This document shows positions 57,871 to 64,000 of a stretch of DNA of 64,000 bases, in pieces. Below the pieces are notes generated by a model that was not told where the DNA came from, ran no database searches, and was given only the letters and a program-made list of their open reading frames with translations. The first letter of the stretch is position 1. Each line of letters starts with the position of its first letter. The stretch lies in assembly GCA_951406725.2 (NCBI GenBank), contig OX597822.1:12462001-12526000 (forward strand), read 5' to 3'. A program made the position numbers and the translations under genes. Origin of the DNA: Octopus vulgaris. Lineage: Eukaryota.

Positions 57871-58242
57871 CGAAACAGAAAGCCACTCAGCAAACTTAAC
57901 AGGGTTGTATATGTTATTTTAAAGCCTTTGCCTCGGCTCCCTGCGACTTTGTGATGCAGCTTCTAATAGAAACCTAGCTGGTTCAAGCTTAGCTTATCGA
58001 ATTCGGGAAGCTAAGCGTGAATGGACTCGGCTTTTGTTACAAACTTGAGAAAAGGTAAATCACATGACTCAGCAAAGATACCCTTCTCCAGGTTTCTTGG
58101 AACTGATATTATCAAGTTCATTCCAAGTATTCCAATTTCTTAACATTAGACACACAGACACTCACAGTCAATGGCACAGATATACATATACATATATACA
58201 TACACACATATGCATATATATATACACAGACTCACACACACA

Positions 58243-58315
<73 letters not shown>

Positions 58316-58429
58316 TTTTGGGATTTGGTTCGCACCAAATTTTTGTGCCTTATAATTTAACACACTCACCGGTAAAATTTCCACGTATTTCTTATTTTTA
58401 TTTTCCTTAAATTTGCGTTGCATCTTGCT

Positions 58430-59040
58430 ACAGGTTGAGTAGTTGGTAGTATGGATGTGATTTCATTCTACCCAACCATAGACATAGATTTTGACGTGCA
58501 GAAATGTATTCAGGTAATCTGTGAAAGTGGGGTGGAGTTCCGTAAGATCAACACGTGGGAACTGAGCTTCCTCCTCAGGCTAAGCTATGACAGTAGCTAT
58601 TTAGATGACCATGACCTCAGTAGATTCTGCCCCACCAGGTCCAGAGAGGAAGACCAACCACCATCACTTCAGCATTGAAGAAAAGCACCACAGAGCGCTG
58701 GAGTGGCCAGAATGCACCTACCCAAAATCCTGAGAACAACAACCAGGTGAAAGAAATGATTGCACATGTAATAGGGGCCAGCGTAAAAACCACCTCTAGT
58801 AAAGTTTAACAAAAAAAACTATACATGCAGTTTCAAGGTGCAGCCATCGGTGTCGGTATAGCTAGAGATGTGGCTGGCCTCTTCATGACCTGGTGGGACA
58901 GAAGACTTAAACAAATCTTAGCAGAACAGTCCACAAGTCTTCTACTCTACACTAGATATGTAGATGACATTAATATAATAGTTAGAACCAACTCTAGTGA
59001 CGGTAATGTAGAGACTGAGACATGCACACACAGGGGGACA
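58430..59040 (+). mobile_element. Penelope-like RT fragment between inverted terminal repeats
   Basis: GSMDVISFYPTID, QFQGAAIG, YTRYVDD; flanked by 58312-58430 and an inverted copy at 59058-59125. Confidence 0.8.
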
Positions 59041-59499
59041 GAGGTATACACATATCTGTTAAATTATAAGGCACAAATAAAAATGACTCTCCCCAGACAC
59101 AACAGAATATGCTTCGACACACGAAGTATTAGGAGTTCAATAAAAACCATGCTTGTTCGGTAGTATATATATACACAGGAGATATATTTAAGCGTTTACA
59201 AAGAATTTGAGAGGAACCAACCAGTTTTCCTAGCATTTTTTGCTATGAAAACAGGTTGGCTCCTCTCAAATTCTTTGTAAACTCTTATATACAATTCCTT
59301 CTGTGTATATATACATTACTACCAAACAAGCATGATTTTTATTCAACTCCCAATACTTTTTGTTCAATATTTTCTTGAATACTTTCATGTAAACTGTTTT
59401 TGACATTTTCTTATTATTATCAAAGTATGTATATCTGTATTTTAATACTTTTATTACAACCAGTACTTAACACAACAAAGCTTATACAAAGATTTACTT

Positions 59500-59547
59500 T
59501 TTACTATTGACAATCTTTTTCTAAAAAAGTGAAACCGGTCAAGTGAA
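59500..59547 (+). ncRNA. Third copy of the U3-A8 hammerhead
   Basis: TTGACAA-tctttttctaaaaaagt-GAAACCGGTC-aagtgaa; one stem I mismatch. Confidence 0.55.
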
Positions 59548-59864
59548 TAAACATATTTAAAATTGCATTTTCAAACTATATATATATGTAGTATTTGAAA
59601 GCGGAGAGACTCTTCATCACAAGATCACTAGCCAGTGATTTTCTCACAATGAGGATGGGTAACTAAGCAGAAACCTAGGTCTGTAAGTATACTATACATG
59701 CACAACCTGTGTGCCGTTAACCAATTGGAACATATATGGTTTCCTGTGTCTAAATAACATCGTCCTTATATAGAACTGCCACATTATGTTGGCAAGTTGT
59801 TTTTCTCTTTATATATGCATATGTATCTATGTATATGTGTGTGCGTTTATAGTGAGATAGAGAA

Positions 59865-59897
<33 letters not shown>

Positions 59898-60179
59898 AAG
59901 AGAAAGGAAGAAACATGGATTTAAATAGATAGATACCTGGATAGATAGATATACTAACGGTAAAGACATATATTCTCTAATTAGCCAAGCACTAAACCAA
60001 AGTTACTTCATATATCATTGCACAATCTCTCTCTCGTCATTGAATTATTTCATTCATGTTTTATACAAATATTTGTTTTATTTTATTGACGTAATTATAA
60101 TTCGATTGGTGTTTATAATGATAATGATGATTATGATGGTTTTTTGCGGAGGACGGTGATGGTAGTTATATAATCCTAG

Positions 60180-60344
60180 TCAACGTTGCCGTCATCGTCA
60201 ACATCATCATTATCATCATCATCGTCATCATCATCATATTGATCATCATCATTACACCGTCGTCATCTTCATCATCGTTACCACTTTTATCTTCATCATC
60301 ATCACCTTCATCATCATCGTGATCATCATCATCATCATCATCCA

Positions 60345-60381
<37 letters not shown>

Positions 60382-60555
60382 GTCATCATCTTATCGTCAT
60401 CTTTTTTCCTTCTACGATTTGTTTTCACACTCCCTCATCCTTTTCTTTTTTCTGTTTTTTTTTCGCCTTTCTTCTTCTTCCTCTTCCTTTTATTTTTCTT
60501 CTTTTTCTTCTTCTTAACATTATTATTATTATTATAAATAGTAGTAGTAGTAGTA
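60180..60555. repeat. Compound (ATC)n/(TTC)n/(TTA)n/(TAG)n array
   Basis: Directly visible. Confidence 0.93.
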
Positions 60556-61215
60556 CCAATTTTAACGGTACCGTTTTTCTTCTCGTTCTGTTCTTGCTGC
60601 TGTTCTTTTTCTTCTTCTCCTTCTCCTACATTTTCCTGTTTTGTTGTTGTTGTTGTTACTGCAGCTGCTGATATTGTTGTTGTTGTTCAACGTCATTGCT
60701 TCATTTCCTTTGCTCCAAACCGTATACCTTCACCCACTTTATAACTTCCCCTTCTGAATCCTCCTCCACTTCCTCATTCTCATCTAACTTTTTCGTACAT
60801 GGAGATCTCATTTTTCCACAAGTATTTTTAGTGTAACATATATTGTTCCTCTTCTTCTCGTTTTTTATATCCCTTTCATTCTGTAGTTGCTGATCATGTA
60901 CACTTCTTTTCCTTCTACTTATTATTGTTTGTCTCCTTGATCTTCTTAATTACCTGCTAATTAATTATATTTTAGCGTGTAGACATTTGATCGATGTATC
61001 TTCTTGCCAGTGACAATTCTGTCCTATCTTACATCACAGACAGCATATTTGGCAGTGAATTCTATATTTAAGACTTGTAGTCTTCTGATTTGGAGACTTT
61101 ATTCTGCTATATATATCGCCAGAACCCAATGTACAAACACTTCCTGGTGACGTCATAGAAACTATGCATATACCGTAGCAATCTGAAGTGCTTTCTCGCT
61201 CTGTCTCTCTGTCTC

Positions 61216-61356
<141 letters not shown>

Positions 61357-62005
61357 GATAGATAGATAGATAGATAGAGAGTGGAAATGAATTAAAGCCA
61401 CGTGGTTCATTATCCAATATGAAGCTTATATGAAGATATTCATACTTTAATAAAGTAATCAAAATGAGCGAAGTTAACTTGTCAAAAATTTTTACTTTGG
61501 TCATAATATGCCTCCTTACTTGCTTCAGCGGATATGACTTTTATTCTTTTACTAGCTTACGAGTAACAACCATTCCACAGCAGTCAGCCATGGTAGGACT
61601 CTGTCTTCAAAGGTTTAATCAATAATATGGGACTCCATATTTAGTTTCTTAAACGTGGTAATTAATTGTTCGATCGATAGTTGTCGAGCAACGAGATTAC
61701 AAATAGATAGCAAAGAATAACATTGACATATCCTATACACGTATACGTTTCTATGTATGTATGTATGTATGTATGTATGTATGTATGTATGTATGTATGT
61801 ATGTATGTATGTATGTATGTATGTATGCATGTTAGTAAGTAAGTATGTATGCATATATGTATGTATCTATCTATATACCTACCTATATATCAATCTAAAT
61901 TTATAAATGTATATTTGTGTACGGTATGTCTGTGTGACGGTATGTATATATATGTGTGTATGTATTTATATGTATATATATGTATATGTATATAGTGTAT
62001 GTATG

Positions 62006-62036
<31 letters not shown>

Positions 62037-62185
62037 ATGTATGTATATGTGTATATATGTACATATACAGATATATGTATATGTATATTTATATATATAT
62101 ATATGTATTTACATGTATATATACATATGTATATATATATATACATATATGTATATGTATATACAATCACATACACACATACACT

Positions 62186-62229
<44 letters not shown>

Positions 62230-62230
<1 letters not shown>

Positions 62231-64000
62231 CCCTACCAAGGGAAAGAATAAAGCCTTAGACCGCTATTGTGACTACATAACTAATTTCCCTTTTCAATTC
62301 ACCAAGAAACAAAAACACAGCCAAAACTTTAACAAAAGAGAATGGAACGACCTCATCAAACTAAGAGAAGACAAAACAATAACAATTAAGGAGGCAGATA
62401 AGGGCAACGCGGTAGTATTAATGAATACAAACGATTATAAAAATTTGGTGCTATCCCTATTAAGAGATGAAACGTATTATGAAAGGGCCGAACAGTATAA
62501 TCAGCCAAAAATAATGTATAACCTCAGGACATTAATCAACAGATACCGCGAAGGACTCACGGACAAGGAGTACGAATACATCACTAACTTTAAGTGCAAA
62601 TCAAGTTTGTTCTATGGTATCCCTAAAGTCCACAAAAGCCAAATAATTAGTGAAACATGCAAAACATCTACCGATATACTCATCAAAATCCCTTCACCAA
62701 ATGATCTTAAACTTAGACCGATAATAGCAGGCCCAGCATGTGAAACTCACCGCCTCAGCAATTTCTGAGACACACTTCTTAAACCTTTCCTAAAGCACAT
62801 CAAAAGCTACGTAAGAGACGATATAGACATGCTTAACCAACTCCCAAAAACAGTTAATGAGAAAACACTTCTAGTATCCTTCGACGTAATTAACCTTTAT
62901 TCAAACATCCCTCACACCCTAGGAATAGAAGCGATCACTTTCTGGCTAAATAACTACTTCTTTGAACTCCCAACTCGCATAAATAATGAACTTATAATAG
63001 AAGGACTTAGATTTATTTTAGAAAACAATTACTTTATTTTTGACAATAATTTCTACAGACAAAGATCGGGAACAGCAATGGGCACGCGTACTGCGCCTTC
63101 TTTTGCCAACCTAGTGATGGGATACCTCGAGAAAATACTCTACCAGAAAACACTCGAGAAATATGGAAACACCTTCTCCACCTATATCCAGAACAACTGG
63201 AAAAGATACCTCGATGACTGCTTTATCCTCTGGGATAAAAGTATAGAGAAACTTGAGGAATTCAAAACACTATTAAATGGAATAAATGATAATATTCAGT
63301 TCACGATGGATAATAACGAAGAAGAACTGCCATTTTTAGACATCCTCATTAAGAAAGCCGGCAACAAAATAGAGACAGATATCTATTATAAACCGACAGA
63401 CTCCAAGCAGTACCTACGCTTTGATTCATGCCACCCAAGACACACTAGAATAAATGTCCCTTTTTGTTTAGCTAGAAGGATTTGCACCATGATATAAGAC
63501 TCAAACACCCGACACACACGTCTCCAGGAACTTAGAACTACACTCATAAATAGAAATTATCCACAGCCCCTAATAAACAGTGCAATCCAACGAGCACTTA
63601 AATTAAGCATAGAAGACCTGAGACAAACAAAACCAAAAAAGAAAGAAAAATTAAAAACCCTTCCCTACATCTCTACACACAACCCACTTAACAATGAGGC
63701 CTTCAGCACCATACTACAAAGCACAGCTATACTAAAGGGAGACCCAAAGATGAACCGGATCCTCGAAACACACACCATCATTAAAAGTAAACGGCAATCA
63801 AAATCCTTGAAAAGGATTTTAACCCAAGCTAAACTGCACTCAACATCAACCATAACACCAGCAGTTAGAAAATGTGGAAAGCCCAACTGCGGAATCTGTG
63901 TCATCTTGGTAGAAGGTTCAGAATTCATATTAGAACAAGGCCATCAGTTTACCATCAGAACAAACTTCACCTGTGCATCATAAAACTTGATTTACGTCTT
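62230..64000 (+). mobile_element. Penelope-like element (Neptune-like): RT, Cys linker and start of GIY-YIG; 5' truncated, runs off the window
   Basis: One reading frame with three stops (62766, 63495, 63981): KEADKG, FYGIPKVHK, LRPII, SFDVINLYSNI, GTAMG, RYLDD, LPFLD, SCHP, CGKPNCGIC, C..*NLIYV. Confidence 0.95.

Noticed and set aside
61030-61145. Minus-strand acceptor/donor pair
   Set aside because: No open frame across it and no other support.
62766-62768. In-frame TGA in the PLE RT as selenocysteine
   Set aside because: It falls at a hydrophobic position (SNF*DTLL), not a Cys, and the other stops are TAA.

Overview
Eukaryotic, very AT-rich, microsatellite-saturated non-genic (intergenic or intronic) DNA. 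The tRNA-derived SINE families and repeat landscape look like an octopus/cephalopod genome; this is inferred from recognition and was not verified. No host protein-coding gene can be supported, and almost all of the ORF track is (TA)n/(CA)n/(GATA)n artefact. Real content: three tRNA-SINE families, several Tc1/mariner relics (mariner, maT/DD37D, Tc1), a MITE, a non-autonomous Helitron, CR1 and RTE LINE fragments, and at least four Penelope-like element (PLE) remnants. The most interesting signal is a dense set of short fold-back elements lodged in (TA)n tracts. Many carry minimal type I hammerhead ribozymes with palindromic stem III. Besides canonical C3-G8 cores there are well-paired copies with G3-C8 and U3-A8 swaps of the catalytic tertiary pair, which standard CUGANGA searches would miss. 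All structures were folded by eye and boundaries are approximate.
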